Numbered from the stretch's first letter, positions 9,575 to 20,797 are shown. The stretch: 64,000 nt of DNA from an uncultured cyanobacterium (GCA_963710605.1 CAVQBA010000007.1:502416-566415); one strand, 5' to 3'. Made by a program: numbers and translations. Notes: a model not told the origin generated them from the letters alone.

Positions 9575-10894
9575 TTAATTACTACTTCCGAACTCCGAAT
9601 TCCGAATTCCGAACTCTGAACTTTGTACTCCACCTTTAGCGATTTCTTGAGAGAGAATTTCGATCGCTTTACGATACTGAGCATCATCTACTGTACCGAT
9701 TTTGGTTCTATCTTGAATTAATACTTCTCTTTGCTCTTCTGACAATTCATAGACAACATCAGGAGTTATACCTTCTTTATTGATATCTCTACCATCAGGA
9801 GTAAGGTATTTAGCAATTGTAACGGCTAAACCCGAACCATCTCCTAACCCTCTGACAGATTGAACTAAACCTTTACCGAAAGTTTGTGTACCGACAATAG
9901 TAGCTCGATGATAATCTTGCAGTGCACCTGAGAGTATTTCACTAGCACTAGCCGAGCCACCATCAACTAGAACGACAATTGGTTTTTCAGTCAAAGTTGA
10001 ATTGTTAGCATTATGAGCATCAACTTCACCAACTCGATCGACTGTAGTCACAATTTTACCTCGATCGATAAACATACGAGCAATCTCGACACTAGAAAAT
10101 AATAATCCACCTGGATTCGATCGTAAATCGAGAATATAACCACTAACGTTATCATCCTCACTTTGATTGATTGCGTCTTTCATTTCTTTAGCGGCGTTAC
10201 CACTAAATTGAGTTAAACGAATATAACCAACTTTACCCACTTGAGCATCTTGAACGATACTAGCTTTGACAGGATGAATTTCAATTTTAGCTCTGGTGAT
10301 ATTAAAATCAAGCATTCTACCATTTCTTTCAACAACAAGCTTAACATCAGTACCGGGTTTACCACGAATTAAGGAAACAACATCATTTAGTTCCATTCCT
10401 TCGGTACTTTGCCCATCAATTTCACGAATAATATCCTTGGAGGCAACACCAATTTTAGAAGCTGGTGTATCTTCGATCGGTGCGATGACAACAATGTTAT
10501 TTGTTTCTTCTTCTTTAGTGATTTGAATACCTATCCCTGTTAATTCTCCTGAAGTGTCTATTTGCATAGTTCTAAACTCATCAGGACTCATAAAGCGGGT
10601 GTAGGGGTCGTCTAGCTTTTTGAGCATCTCTCGGATAGCTTCGTATGCTTGTTCTTTATCACTATATTCTTTGTCTAAATATTCGCTTCTGATTTCTCGC
10701 CAATCTTCACCGTTGAAAGTAGCGTCAACATACCTGCGGTTAATTACTTGCCAAACTTCGTCAACTAATTCTTTAGGGTTATCTTGAAAATATGCTTGTG
10801 TTTGAGAAAAACGGAGTCCAAAACCTGTAATTGCAATACTAGAGACTGCTAAAGCAGTTGTCCCCAGAATTAGTCCTTGTTTAGTAATTTTCAT
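9575..10894 (-). CDS. ctpC: Carboxyl-terminal processing protease (S41, CtpC-like)
   Basis: QDNPKELVDEVWQ, PDZ domain, LDLRSNPGGLL, SASASEILSGALQD, TFGKGLVQ. Probable ATG start at 10894 (MKITKQ). Confidence 0.9.
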   Translation of the reverse strand: MKITKQGLILGTTALAVSSIAITGFGLRFSQTQAYFQDNPKELVDEVWQVINRRYVDATFNGEDWREIRSEYLDKEYSDKEQAYEAIREMLKKLDDPYTRFMSPDEFRTMQIDTSGELTGIGIQITKEEETNNIVVIAPIEDTPASKIGVASKDIIREIDGQSTEGMELNDVVSLIRGKPGTDVKLVVERNGRMLDFNITRAKIEIHPVKASIVQDAQVGKVGYIRLTQFSGNAAKEMKDAINQSEDDNVSGYILDLRSNPGGLLFSSVEIARMFIDRGKIVTTVDRVGEVDAHNANNSTLTEKPIVVLVDGGSASASEILSGALQDYHRATIVGTQTFGKGLVQSVRGLGDGSGLAVTIAKYLTPDGRDINKEGITPDVVYELSEEQREVLIQDRTKIGTVDDAQYRKAIEILSQEIAKGGVQSSEFGIRNSEFGSSN

Positions 10895-11411
10895 ATTCTG
10901 TTTTCTTTTCAATCGGTTTAAAGCAATCTTGGAGTAAAACTATTGTCTTGGAAAATAAAAATATTACTAACTAAAAATTAATCTTATTCAATTTGATCAA
11001 AACACTTATTCATAAGACTTTTCTTAATTAGTGAAATAATTATTTTGTGGTTTATGTGTCAAAACAGACAATCAATTTTTACTCAAAGATGATGGTTCAA
11101 TTCAGATACTAACATAATTTATCTGAATCGTAGTCGTTGAACTTACTTAGTTGATGTAAAGAAATAATAACCACCGTTTGATAGTTGATAGTTTTTACTT
11201 TTATTTTTCTAACTCCTGACTCCTTATCTTTTCTGGCGTTCACTATTAAATAAGGTGAGCTACTTTAGATTTTAGCCCACCTTAAAGATTACGTTGAATT
11301 TACACGATCGAATTATTAAAGATCAAGTAAATTAAATTAGCTATTTTTCAACTCTTAAAACTGAAAAACAATTAAGGGAATTTGAATTTGAATCGTTCGT
11401 AATTACAATTA

Positions 11412-11663
11412 TTAATTGCTTTCACGAGGTTTAGCTTTATTAACTTTGATTTCTCTGCCCATCCACTGAGCACCATCTAGAGTTTCAATCGCTTTAGATT
11501 CTTCATCGTCACTATTCATTTCGACAAAACCGAAACCACGCTTTCTTTTAGTTTCTCGATCGACTGGTAAATAAACTCTTTTTACTTCACCATAATCAGC
11601 AAAAACTGCTCGTAAATCGTCTTCTGTAACGTCGTAGGACAAATTCCCCACATATATGGACAT
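11412..11663 (-). CDS. rbp: RRM RNA-binding protein (Rbp family, no Gly-rich tail)
   Basis: RNP2 IYVGNL, RNP1 RGFGFVEM, C-terminal KVNKAKPRE. Confidence 0.95.
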   Translation of the reverse strand: MSIYVGNLSYDVTEDDLRAVFADYGEVKRVYLPVDRETKRKRGFGFVEMNSDDEESKAIETLDGAQWMGREIKVNKAKPRESN

Positions 11664-11935
11664 AAACTATTTCCTCAACTTTTTTTTAAAGTGTTAAATT
11701 ATTGAGATAACGGACATTTAACTTTCATTCCTTGTGTGAGAAAAAATGAGCTTCAAAAATGGAATCAAACAATGTAACCGAAACAAATCTCAAATAAGTA
11801 CTATTATTAACTTATCATAACTGGTAGATACATTTATAAAAAGCAATTGGATAAAAATATTGGACAATATCCAGACTGAGGTTAAAATGAAGTTTTGATT
11901 ATCTAAAATCGCAGTCAATAACATCAGGAGAGAAG

Positions 11936-13360
11936 GTGGTGAGTGATAACTTGGACACAACTAAAAACACAGATATTACGGCAATCAATTCTCGCCATGA
12001 GTTAAGAGATTTAGTTCGTTCTCAATTACAGCTACTTTTAGAAAAGAAAAATCTTGAAGGTGCAAAAGCATTATTAATACCCGTTCAACCTGTGGATATA
12101 GCAGAAGCCATCGAAGGATTACCTGAATCAGTACAAGCGATCGCTTTTAGATTATTAAGTAAAACAGAAGCCATTGATGTTTACGAGCATTTAGATTATA
12201 GTGTTCAACAATCATTAATCGAAGAATTTAAACGTCAAGAAGTACTCGATATCGTTGACAAAATGTCTCCAGACGATCGAGCTCGTTTATTTGATGAATT
12301 ACCCGCTACCGTCGTTAGCCGAATTATTGCCCAACTTAGCCCTGAAGAAAGACAAGCTACTAGTTTACTTTTAGGTTATGAAGAAGATACCGCAGGGCGA
12401 ATTATGACTCCTGAATATATAGCCCTCAAAGAAACCCTGACTGTTGCTCAAACGATCGAAAGAATACGCACACAAGGTAGTAACTCGGAGCTGATTTACT
12501 ATCTTTATGTTACTGATGCTTCTCGTCATTTAACTGGTATTGTTTCTCTACGTGATTTGGTTTTAAATCCTCCTGAGCAAGTGTTAAGCGAATTTATGAC
12601 TAAAGATGTCATTTATGTTAGTACTGATGTAGATCAAGAAGAAGTTGCCAGACTAATACAAAGATACGATCTCCTTGCTTTACCTGTAGTCGATCGAGAA
12701 TTACGTTTAGTGGGAATTGTCACAGTCGATGACATGATTGATATTTTAGAACGAGAAGCAACTGAAGATATCTATGCTTTGGGTGGTGTACAATCTGAAG
12801 GTGATAACTACTTTCAAACCAACTTATTTACCGTTGCTCGTAGAAGGGTAGTTTGGTTATTAATTTTATTAGTTACTAATAGCGTTACTGGTAGTATTAT
12901 CGGCTCTCAAGGTGATTTATTAGCCAAATTCACCGTCTTAGCCGCATTTATTCCTTTACTTACAGGCACCGGTGGTAACATTGGTACACAATCATCTACA
13001 GTTGTCATTCGTGGATTGAATACAGGAGAAATAGCTGATTTAGGGGCGGCAAAAGTAGTTGTTAGAGAAGCGTTAGCTGGATTATTACTTGGTTTAATTT
13101 TAGGTGTATTAGCCACAATTTGGGCTTATTTCCTACCGCAAACAGAACAAAATATAATCGTTGCTGTCTCAGTTGGAGCAAGTTTAGTCGCTATTTCTTT
13201 ACTGGCATCTGTTTCTGGTTCGGCATTACCTTTTTTCTTCCGCTCTCTAGGATTAGATCCCGCTTTAATGTCTGCACCCTTTATTACAACAGCAGTTGAT
13301 GTCATTGGTGTTTTAATCTATTTTAATATCGTTCGTACGATGATTACGATGGGAATCTAA
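11936..13360 (+). CDS. mgtE: Magnesium transporter MgtE
   Basis: N-domain, CBS pair (TAGRIMTPEY; LVGIVTVDD), GTGGNIGTQ and DPALMSAPFITTAVD. Confidence 0.97.
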   Translation: MVSDNLDTTKNTDITAINSRHELRDLVRSQLQLLLEKKNLEGAKALLIPVQPVDIAEAIEGLPESVQAIAFRLLSKTEAIDVYEHLDYSVQQSLIEEFKRQEVLDIVDKMSPDDRARLFDELPATVVSRIIAQLSPEERQATSLLLGYEEDTAGRIMTPEYIALKETLTVAQTIERIRTQGSNSELIYYLYVTDASRHLTGIVSLRDLVLNPPEQVLSEFMTKDVIYVSTDVDQEEVARLIQRYDLLALPVVDRELRLVGIVTVDDMIDILEREATEDIYALGGVQSEGDNYFQTNLFTVARRRVVWLLILLVTNSVTGSIIGSQGDLLAKFTVLAAFIPLLTGTGGNIGTQSSTVVIRGLNTGEIADLGAAKVVVREALAGLLLGLILGVLATIWAYFLPQTEQNIIVAVSVGASLVAISLLASVSGSALPFFFRSLGLDPALMSAPFITTAVDVIGVLIYFNIVRTMITMGI

Positions 13361-13539
13361 AATAATTCAAAATTAATCATTGACAATTGACAACGAATAA
13401 TATAGCATCTGTGGATTATCGATGAAGATGATCGTAGTGAGTGTTTGGTAGTGGCTTAACTATTTTAATCTCTATTATTTATTTTGATTTAGACGATGAA
13501 TGAACACCATATTTGCCGAGAATATAATTAATAAATTGC

Positions 13540-15066
13540 ATGATAATTTTGATAATTAAAATTAAACTTGCTCTTCAATGGGCTGAATATATAAGTATCG
13601 CTTCAGCATTAGTATTTTTACTAATTTCTTCATTTACTTCTGCTGATTTTAATTCACTTTTATTTTTAAGTATTATTCTGGCTCTTATCTTTAATGTAGT
13701 CAATAACCGTTTACTGTTGAGAAAATATCCTCCTAATATTGCTCAAGAAATTGATTCAATTGAACAAAAAATAACTGAGCTTCAACAAAAAATACTTAAA
13801 GACAACTTAGCGACGATTAATGGTGAACTATCTTTATCGGAAAATCAAGAAATTGCTTCGTTACAAGAAAGCGTCGAAAGTCTTCATCAGTCTTTAGTAA
13901 CTGTGATCAATTTTTTGAAAAAAAATAAACTTGATTTAAGAATTAAAAATTTAGAAACACTTTATCAGTCATTACAATCATCAGAAAATTATTTAAAAAT
14001 TCAGAATAAAAAATCTTCGTTTAAAATCAAGTTACCTGACCAAAATATTTTAAAAAAACCCACTTTTGAAGAGTTAAATCTTAACTTTCCTGAGAAAATA
14101 GCTTGGAAATGTATTCATGTTATCACCGCTCATCAAGAATCAGTTACGAGTTTAGCGATGACGATCGATCAAAAATACTTATTGAGTACTTCTTGGGATA
14201 ATTATCTCAAATTATGGTCACTCACCCAAGGTAGTGAAATAAGTCAAATTAGAGCTTCAGAAGAAGGTATAACTAGTTTGGCATTAAACTCAAAAAATTA
14301 TCTCGATCGAGGTATTCTCACAGGTGATTTAAATCAAAATATCAAAGTTTGGTCTTTAGATCAACAATCACAATCATTTTCTTTAGAAGAAACTTTATCC
14401 GAACATACAGGCTCAATTCATGGATTAGAAATTGCGTCTAAACGAAATATAGTAGTTAGTGGTAGTTTTGATCAATCTTTGAAACAATGGGATTTATCTA
14501 CAGGTAATCTTCTTTATGATTTAAAATCGGAAAATGGTTCAATCAATGCGATCGCAATTAATGAATCGATTAGTTTAATTGTAACCGCAGGAGACGACGG
14601 TGTTATCTCAATGTGGGAATTAGAATCAGAAAATAAAGTTGGTTTGCTTTTAGGTAATACAAGCCCGATAGAATGTTTGGTAATTAGTCAATCAGGAGAA
14701 TTAATCATCGCCGGGGGTGCAGATGGTTCAATTATTATGTGGCAATTACCAACCACAACTTGGAGTATATTTTTAGAAATTGTACCTTATTTACAACTAT
14801 CGGCTCATAATGGACAAGTGATGGATTTACTCTTAAGCAACGATGAACAACTTTTGTATAGTGCAGGAATTGATGGTTATATCAAAATTTGGCATTTAGC
14901 TAGTAGTAAAGAAATTGGACATTTAAAAATTAGTGACAACGATCGAGTTTTATCTTTAGCATTAAGTCAAGACGATCAAATTTTAGCCGCAGGTGGTGTC
15001 AACGGTATAATTAAAATTTGGCAACAAAACACGAAGAAAGTAAGTGAAAAAATTAATGGTCAATAA
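13540..15066 (+). CDS. Membrane-anchored WD40-repeat protein
   Basis: Two N-terminal TM segments, a coiled coil, then about 7 WD repeats (AHQESVTSL..SWDNYLKLW; EHTGSIHGL..SFDQSLKQWD). Confidence 0.9.
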   Translation: MIILIIKIKLALQWAEYISIASALVFLLISSFTSADFNSLLFLSIILALIFNVVNNRLLLRKYPPNIAQEIDSIEQKITELQQKILKDNLATINGELSLSENQEIASLQESVESLHQSLVTVINFLKKNKLDLRIKNLETLYQSLQSSENYLKIQNKKSSFKIKLPDQNILKKPTFEELNLNFPEKIAWKCIHVITAHQESVTSLAMTIDQKYLLSTSWDNYLKLWSLTQGSEISQIRASEEGITSLALNSKNYLDRGILTGDLNQNIKVWSLDQQSQSFSLEETLSEHTGSIHGLEIASKRNIVVSGSFDQSLKQWDLSTGNLLYDLKSENGSINAIAINESISLIVTAGDDGVISMWELESENKVGLLLGNTSPIECLVISQSGELIIAGGADGSIIMWQLPTTTWSIFLEIVPYLQLSAHNGQVMDLLLSNDEQLLYSAGIDGYIKIWHLASSKEIGHLKISDNDRVLSLALSQDDQILAAGGVNGIIKIWQQNTKKVSEKINGQ

Positions 15067-15088
15067 TAGCCTCTAAAGTCTTTGATTT

Positions 15089-15125
15089 CTAACTCTTAAC
15101 TCTTAACCCTTAACTCTTAACTTAA
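15089..15125. repeat. Heptamer tandem repeat (CTCTTAA)n, STRR-like
   Basis: ctaactcttaactcttaacccttaactcttaacttaa is read directly from the sequence. Confidence 0.8.
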
Positions 15126-15179
15126 AAAGTATTGCCAAAACTAGTATTTCTAGGTTACAATATCAAAGTGCTTACATCT

Positions 15180-15269
15180 GGAGAGATGGCTGAGCGGTTG
15201 AAAGCGGCTTCCTGCTAAGAAGTTATGGGTTGTTAAAGCCTATCGAGGGTTCGAATCCCTCTCTCTCCG
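15180..15269 (+). tRNA. trnS: tRNA-Ser(GCT)
   Basis: Acceptor stem GGAGAGA/TCTCTCC plus G discriminator, anticodon loop CTGCTAA, long variable arm, T-loop GGTTCGAATCC. CCA is not encoded. Confidence 0.97.
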
Positions 15270-15571
15270 TATTTGAACAAACTTTTTTCTTGATTCAATA
15301 TTAAGGTTGAAAAAATCTTGATGCTTTGGTCTTAATTTGTTGGAAAAGATGCTCTATACATTTACTTTTGATTACGCATCAATTTTTTTGATTGTATAAG
15401 GGACGTTCGAGACTTAACTTACTTGAAGATAGTAATTTTAGTAAAGCGATCGTTTTATTGATTAATAAACTTTTGTTGCGAAATTTATCCTTTGTTACCC
15501 CCGTGGCTAAATAATAATAAATAGGTCTAGTTTGTTTTGCGATTCAGACGCTTAAATTAAGATGAGTTTGA

Positions 15572-17128
15572 TTAATTATTATTTGAGCTTGTATTATTAG
15601 TGTCTGTTTCCGCTATTTGTTGGATGGGCGAACCATCTCTTACTTGTAGAATACCTGCGGTTAAAATTCGATCGCCATTTTCCAAACCTTCTAATACTTG
15701 ATAACTATTCCCTTGAATATCTCCTAACTTAATTGCTTTTTGTTTGGCAACTAAACCTTCTGTGTCGGGATTCTCTTCAGCCGTAAAAACAAATGCTTGT
15801 CCGCCGATACGAAAAATTGAGCTAGTAGGGATTAAGATACCTCGATCGAGATTCCAAATAATCCGAGATTGAATAAACTGGCGATTGAGTAATTGACGAT
15901 CGAAATCACTATTATCAAAAACTGCTTTAACATTAATTAATTGTGAATCTGATGTAACATTTGGTTCAATAAAATTAATTTGCCCTGTAGCGATCGTTTT
16001 ATTGTTATCATCTAAAAGTTGCACAGGTAAACCAATCTGTAAATCAACTGCTTTCTCGATCGGTATGGCAATATTTAACTCTAAAGCACTATTTTCAGTA
16101 ATAGTAGTTAAGGTATCATCACTGTCAATATAATCGCCTATTTTAACAGGAATATTACTTATTTTGCCCGAAATTGGTGCTTTAATCAAACTTTTGTCTA
16201 ATAAAGTTCTAATTCTAGCTACATTCGCTCTCGCCTCTTGCACTTGTGCTGTCGCCTGAGCAATTTGTTCTTGTCTTGCACCATTTTGTAATAAAGTCAA
16301 GTTTTGTTTAGCTTCATCTAACGCCGCTTCTAGTTCAGCATTATTAGAAGTCGTACCTTGTCTTAATTCTTGTAATCTTTTTTGAGCTACATTAACTTGG
16401 GCTTGGCTTGTTTTCGCTTCAGTTAAAAAATTATCAAATTGATCTTGAGCGATCGCACCTTCGGTTAATAATAAACGATAACGTTTAACTTTTTGCTGTG
16501 CTAATTGTGCTTCGGCTTCAGCGGCTACTAACTGTGCTTGTGCCTGAGCAATTTCAGCTTGAGATGAGCCTTTACGGGAGTTATCTAAGCGAATCTGTGC
16601 TTGTCTTACTCTAGCTTGAGCGGCGGCAACATCTTCAATCCGACTACCTGTTTGTAATTCAGTTAATTGGGCAAGACGTGCATTAACAGTAGCTGAGGCT
16701 TGATTTAATTCAGCATTAAGAGTATCACTTTCTAAACGAAATAAGCTATCTCCTCGGTTGACTATCTGTCCTTCAGAAATTAAAATACCGACTAATCTAC
16801 CTTCTAATTCTGAGTTAAGATTAACCGTTTGTTGTGCTTCGAGATTACCTAAAAAATTAGTAGATTCTTCGATCGTAGCACTAGTAAGAGTCTTGAGTTT
16901 AACTCCCGAAGGTGGTGGTGCTTGCTGTGCTTGTTGTGAAGCTTGACTCTGTTGACTTTGCCACCAATACCAACCTCCTGCGATTATTCCTAACAGTAAT
17001 AAGATAAGACCTATATTAAGCCATTTACGATCGGTTGACGTTTTTTGAATTTGATTACTCTCAACAGTGTTATCTGTTGCAGTTGGGTTATCGATCACTT
17101 TTTCTGATGGAGGATGATCTGTCGTCAT
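15572..17128 (-). CDS. RND efflux periplasmic adaptor (membrane fusion protein)
   Basis: N-terminal TM, lipoyl halves (EGQIVNRGDSLFRL; IKAPISGKI..IPVKIGDYI), very long coiled-coil hairpin, and C-terminal VLEGLENGDRILTAG. Confidence 0.92.
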   Translation of the reverse strand: MTTDHPPSEKVIDNPTATDNTVESNQIQKTSTDRKWLNIGLILLLLGIIAGGWYWWQSQQSQASQQAQQAPPPSGVKLKTLTSATIEESTNFLGNLEAQQTVNLNSELEGRLVGILISEGQIVNRGDSLFRLESDTLNAELNQASATVNARLAQLTELQTGSRIEDVAAAQARVRQAQIRLDNSRKGSSQAEIAQAQAQLVAAEAEAQLAQQKVKRYRLLLTEGAIAQDQFDNFLTEAKTSQAQVNVAQKRLQELRQGTTSNNAELEAALDEAKQNLTLLQNGARQEQIAQATAQVQEARANVARIRTLLDKSLIKAPISGKISNIPVKIGDYIDSDDTLTTITENSALELNIAIPIEKAVDLQIGLPVQLLDDNNKTIATGQINFIEPNVTSDSQLINVKAVFDNSDFDRQLLNRQFIQSRIIWNLDRGILIPTSSIFRIGGQAFVFTAEENPDTEGLVAKQKAIKLGDIQGNSYQVLEGLENGDRILTAGILQVRDGSPIQQIAETDTNNTSSNNN

Positions 17129-17406
17129 TGGTCTAGCTTCTGATTAAAGTTATTTATATTATAAAACTTTATAATCAAATAAACATCTCATAAGTAAGTA
17201 ATTAAATTAAATCGCAAATAAGTTAATTAACTATAGATTATTTGTTATAATAGAAATCAAAATCATAGACTTAAGTCAATTTCATATTGGAATATTCGCC
17301 AAATAATAAATTATAATAATCCGAGTACTTATACTTACTAATCTGTAATTTTGTTTTTCGTTTTTTTAACCTCGTAATCACGGGGGTTTTTTCTGTCTAT
17401 TATTAT

Positions 17407-18456
17407 TTATTCTTCAACTTCATACAAAAAACGAGTATCACCAATCAATTTACGATTATAAGAAGTACTTTGCACAAAGACACTATATTTCTTTAAGTCA
17501 GTTGGTTTAATTCTCACTTTGGTTTTTTCAGGTAAGCCTAACATTTGTCTCACACAATTCCCTGCAAACAAATCACCTGTATCTTTTTCCATTAATAAAA
17601 TTTCTTTATTAGCTTGAATAGTTTCTGTTTTAGTAAACTGATAAAAACCACGCCCTTTTTTAAAAGTTAAACCATTTTCTAAAACAAAGTTTTTAATCGA
17701 AACATTATCTTCTACATCTAAAACTTGAAATCTACTTGGCGATACTGAATTCAAATTTTTATCATTAAATAAATCTCCACTGTCTCTTTTGAGCATAGTA
17801 TTAAACATACTATAAAGACTACGATTCATTCTTCCTTCAGCAACGATTTCTGTTTCATAATCTTGTAATTGATTATTAGAAGACTGTTGATAACAAATAG
17901 CTAGAAAATAATCAGTGATATGTGCAAATTGATCTAAACTTAGATGATAACCACCCGATTTTTCAGCTAGTTCTTGATAAAATAAATTAGCGTGCGATCG
18001 ATTTAATGCTTGTACACCATAAACAGTTATATCTTGACTAATCAAAGTTTTTAATTCTGTACGCCAGTTTAATTTCTGAGGATTTCTAGCTGGTGCGTGA
18101 GGAATGTCATCACCAATCATTACTAAAGTTTTATGACTATCTTTACTCCAAGATAAAGATTGAGTTTGATGTAAAACTAATTCGTAACATTCGGGCGCAT
18201 CACCTCCATATGTTGCTTCTACATTTTGAACAAAGTTACAAATTTCATCCACCTCACCTGATAAATCAAGTGTTTTGGTAACATAGGTTTTATTTTCGTC
18301 ACAATAATCACCATGAGCGATTATGCCAATACGAATACCGGGTATTTCGTTAAGTAAGCGACTAACAGTTTCTTTTATTTTACGACGTACTTGAGTTAAA
18401 CAAGGATACATACTTCCTGTGGTATCAAAGCTAAAAACGATTTCAATATTTTTCAT
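17407..18456 (-). CDS. vWA-domain protein with uncharacterised C-terminal domain
   Basis: MIDAS motif IVFSFDTTGSM, GGDAPECYE, VMIGDDIPH. The C-terminal domain contains FKKGRGFYQFTK and FVQSTSYNRKL. Confidence 0.88.
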   Translation of the reverse strand: MKNIEIVFSFDTTGSMYPCLTQVRRKIKETVSRLLNEIPGIRIGIIAHGDYCDENKTYVTKTLDLSGEVDEICNFVQNVEATYGGDAPECYELVLHQTQSLSWSKDSHKTLVMIGDDIPHAPARNPQKLNWRTELKTLISQDITVYGVQALNRSHANLFYQELAEKSGGYHLSLDQFAHITDYFLAICYQQSSNNQLQDYETEIVAEGRMNRSLYSMFNTMLKRDSGDLFNDKNLNSVSPSRFQVLDVEDNVSIKNFVLENGLTFKKGRGFYQFTKTETIQANKEILLMEKDTGDLFAGNCVRQMLGLPEKTKVRIKPTDLKKYSVFVQSTSYNRKLIGDTRFLYEVEE

Positions 18457-18634
18457 GACGATTATTTCTTCTTGAGTTTGTGTTGGTTATTTATCCTTCC
18501 ATTCGTTTTGATAAATTTATGCACTTTAAAGAAAAAATAATTTTATTTCTTGCAATTTAACTATTGTCGTTATGCCAATCAAAATTTTATTATCTATAGT
18601 AGAATTCGTGAGTTATAGGTAAATGAAATTGTTT

Positions 18635-18745
18635 GATAGCATCTCTATATAGATACAATTTGAATCTCCCCTTATGAAGGAGATATTTAAAGGGGTTGAT
18701 GATACAGAAAAAAAATTTGAGTAATCATAAACTTATTTGGCTATA
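18635..18745. mobile_element. Degenerate MITE (GATAGC...GCTATA) with internal palindrome
   Basis: Ends and size resemble the other ~105-bp elements. The centre is TCTCCCCTTATGAAGGAGA...AAGGGG. Confidence 0.5.
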
Positions 18746-19218
18746 GTTGTTTAGCTCAAACTACTGTAAAACAAAGCTAATATTTGTACGTGTATTGAAA
18801 TACTTTAGCTTTGATTGATATAGTAAATTTTTCGATAAATTAGTCGGTTTTAAGCACTTGTTTACAAATGAGGGAAAGAATGTTACATTTTAAACACCAC
18901 AGATATTAAAGTCGATCGTCTATTTTCTTCTTAATAAAAATCAAGATAATTGTTTTGGTTTCAATTTTAAATGATGCTTATTTAAAATACAGAAATAAAA
19001 AAATAGTTGTTCTAAAAATATAATTGAATCACTTTTTTTATGTAGCTTATTTTTATTAGTTAATAATAACTTATTTATTTAACTTACACTAAATTATTTT
19101 ACGTCAAATTTAGATCATAAAAATAAAAAAATCTTAAAATATAATTATAATTGACTACCTTTAACTAACTAATAAAATTATTCAGTAAGTAGCCAATATT
19201 GATTTTTTTTAGTATAGC

Positions 19219-19545
19219 TTACATTTTAGCAAGAGAAGATATTTTAGCCAGTTTATTTTTGGTTAAACCATCTAAATCTTGTAATGTAATTACGTTTTCT
19301 TTAATTAATTGAGAAAGCGTAAAAATAAGCATTGATTCTCTTGAATCGTACTTACCGTCAAGATCATAACGTTTACTACTTAAAAAATCATGTACTTGCC
19401 AAAGTTCTTCTATATTAGTTAAATTAGTAACTTTTTGACGAACATGATTAATAGTTAAACTCACATCTCGATCGTATGCTTGTGCTAAAATATTTTCGAC
19501 AATTTGTTTTTCTTCTGTTGACCATCCAGTATCAATTAGTGACAT
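19219..19545 (-). CDS. frp: Fluorescence recovery protein
   Basis: WSTEEK..AYDR..ELWQVHDFLSSKRYDLDGKYDSRESMLIFTLSQLIKE, immediately downstream of ocp. Confidence 0.95.
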   Translation of the reverse strand: MSLIDTGWSTEEKQIVENILAQAYDRDVSLTINHVRQKVTNLTNIEELWQVHDFLSSKRYDLDGKYDSRESMLIFTLSQLIKENVITLQDLDGLTKNKLAKISSLAKM

Positions 19546-19808
19546 TGTTAAGTTGAATTTAAAGTTTATTATTACAGTGATAAATTAAAATTAATCTGCT
19601 TTATTATTATATCAATTTATCTATAGATTTGGTAGATGAAAATCAATATAAAAAGAGTTCCTCTAAAAAGAGAAACTCCTAAATAATCAGTAAATATTTA
19701 ATTGCTAATTTATTACTAAGGAATAAAAACTAACATATTAATCATCATTATTCTAGTATAAAAAAGCTAATTACAACAAGTATTTGTTTACTAATGTCTT
19801 CTTTTGAT

Positions 19809-20763
19809 TTAACGCATCAAATTTAATAATTCTTTAGGAGATGCTAATAAATCGATCGCTACAAAAAAGATTTTGCCATCAGGGTTAAGAAGGAAACGCC
19901 AAGCAATATTCATACCGACATTACCACCAAACCAAGGAGTTTGCACTTTACCTGTTACCTTAACTTGAGTGTACCCATCTTCAGTCGGTTCAACAACACC
20001 TCTTTCTGGAGAAAGTTTTAAATTTTGACATTCTTCATTAAAAAAGCGTAAAATAGCTTCTTTACCGACAAGAGGACGTTTGAATGGTGGTTGAAGAGCT
20101 CCATCCTCAGCAAATAATTCGATTAACGCATTAAAATCGTTAGCATTCAAATTATCCATGTATTGATAGCACTGTTTGGTTACTAACACCTTCAATAGAA
20201 ACATTGCTTCGTTTAGACATTTCGGTAGGAGGATTAACAGGCTCAGTTACTGTTTTTTGCTCTTTACCTTTTTCGTAACCCATATCAACTACCATATTAC
20301 GTAACACAGTAATTTGTTGACCTTGTTCTAATCCTTCAATGGTTAATAAAACAGCATTAGCATTAGCAGAAAGTTGATAACCATCAGGAATAGGTGCTAT
20401 CTTACCTTGATTCATATATTCCCCTAATTGATACCAAAAACCTAATTTTAGGTTAGGAGTCCAACTTGCATAAGTTCTGCTGATCGGAGTATCTTCACGG
20501 TTAGCTAAGTCACACATTGCTTGAGATTGCTCTACTGGCTTCATCTTTAACATCTCATTTAATGTATTTTCAGCTAAAACCATACTAGTTGCACCCGGTG
20601 CGGCTACTGTGATTGTCTTACCCATTTCTAGATAAGCAAACCAAATTAAGGCTAATTGGTCTTCCGCATTAAGTTGCTCAAAACGAGCAATCGTTGCAGG
20701 CACTGCATCAGCTGATTGAGTTTGAGGAAAAATACCACGAGCTGATTCAATTGTAAAAGGCAT
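19809..20763 (-). CDS. ocp: Orange carotenoid protein (OCP1 type), +1 frameshift near 20165, probably sequence error
   Basis: N-domain MPFTIESARGIFP..EDQLALIWFAYLEMG. C-domain YMDNLNANDF..GKVQTPWFG..VAIDLLASPKELLNL. Removing one base at about 20163-20167 fuses the two ORFs. Confidence 0.95.
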
Positions 20764-20797
20764 ATATTATTTTTTGTTAGATATACTTTATGTGCTT

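Noticed and set aside
9375-9578. 67-aa ORF (MNQVPLLTKEGLGEV...)
   Set aside because: Translation of the MITE palindrome with a TTG start. No coding support.
15269-19200. Integrative element at tRNA-Ser
   Set aside because: No integrase and no duplicated tRNA 3' end were found in the window.
20152-20204. Natural HCP + CTDH gene pair instead of OCP
   Set aside because: One base fuses them into a canonical OCP with its linker, frp follows, and similar indels occur in essential genes in this window.
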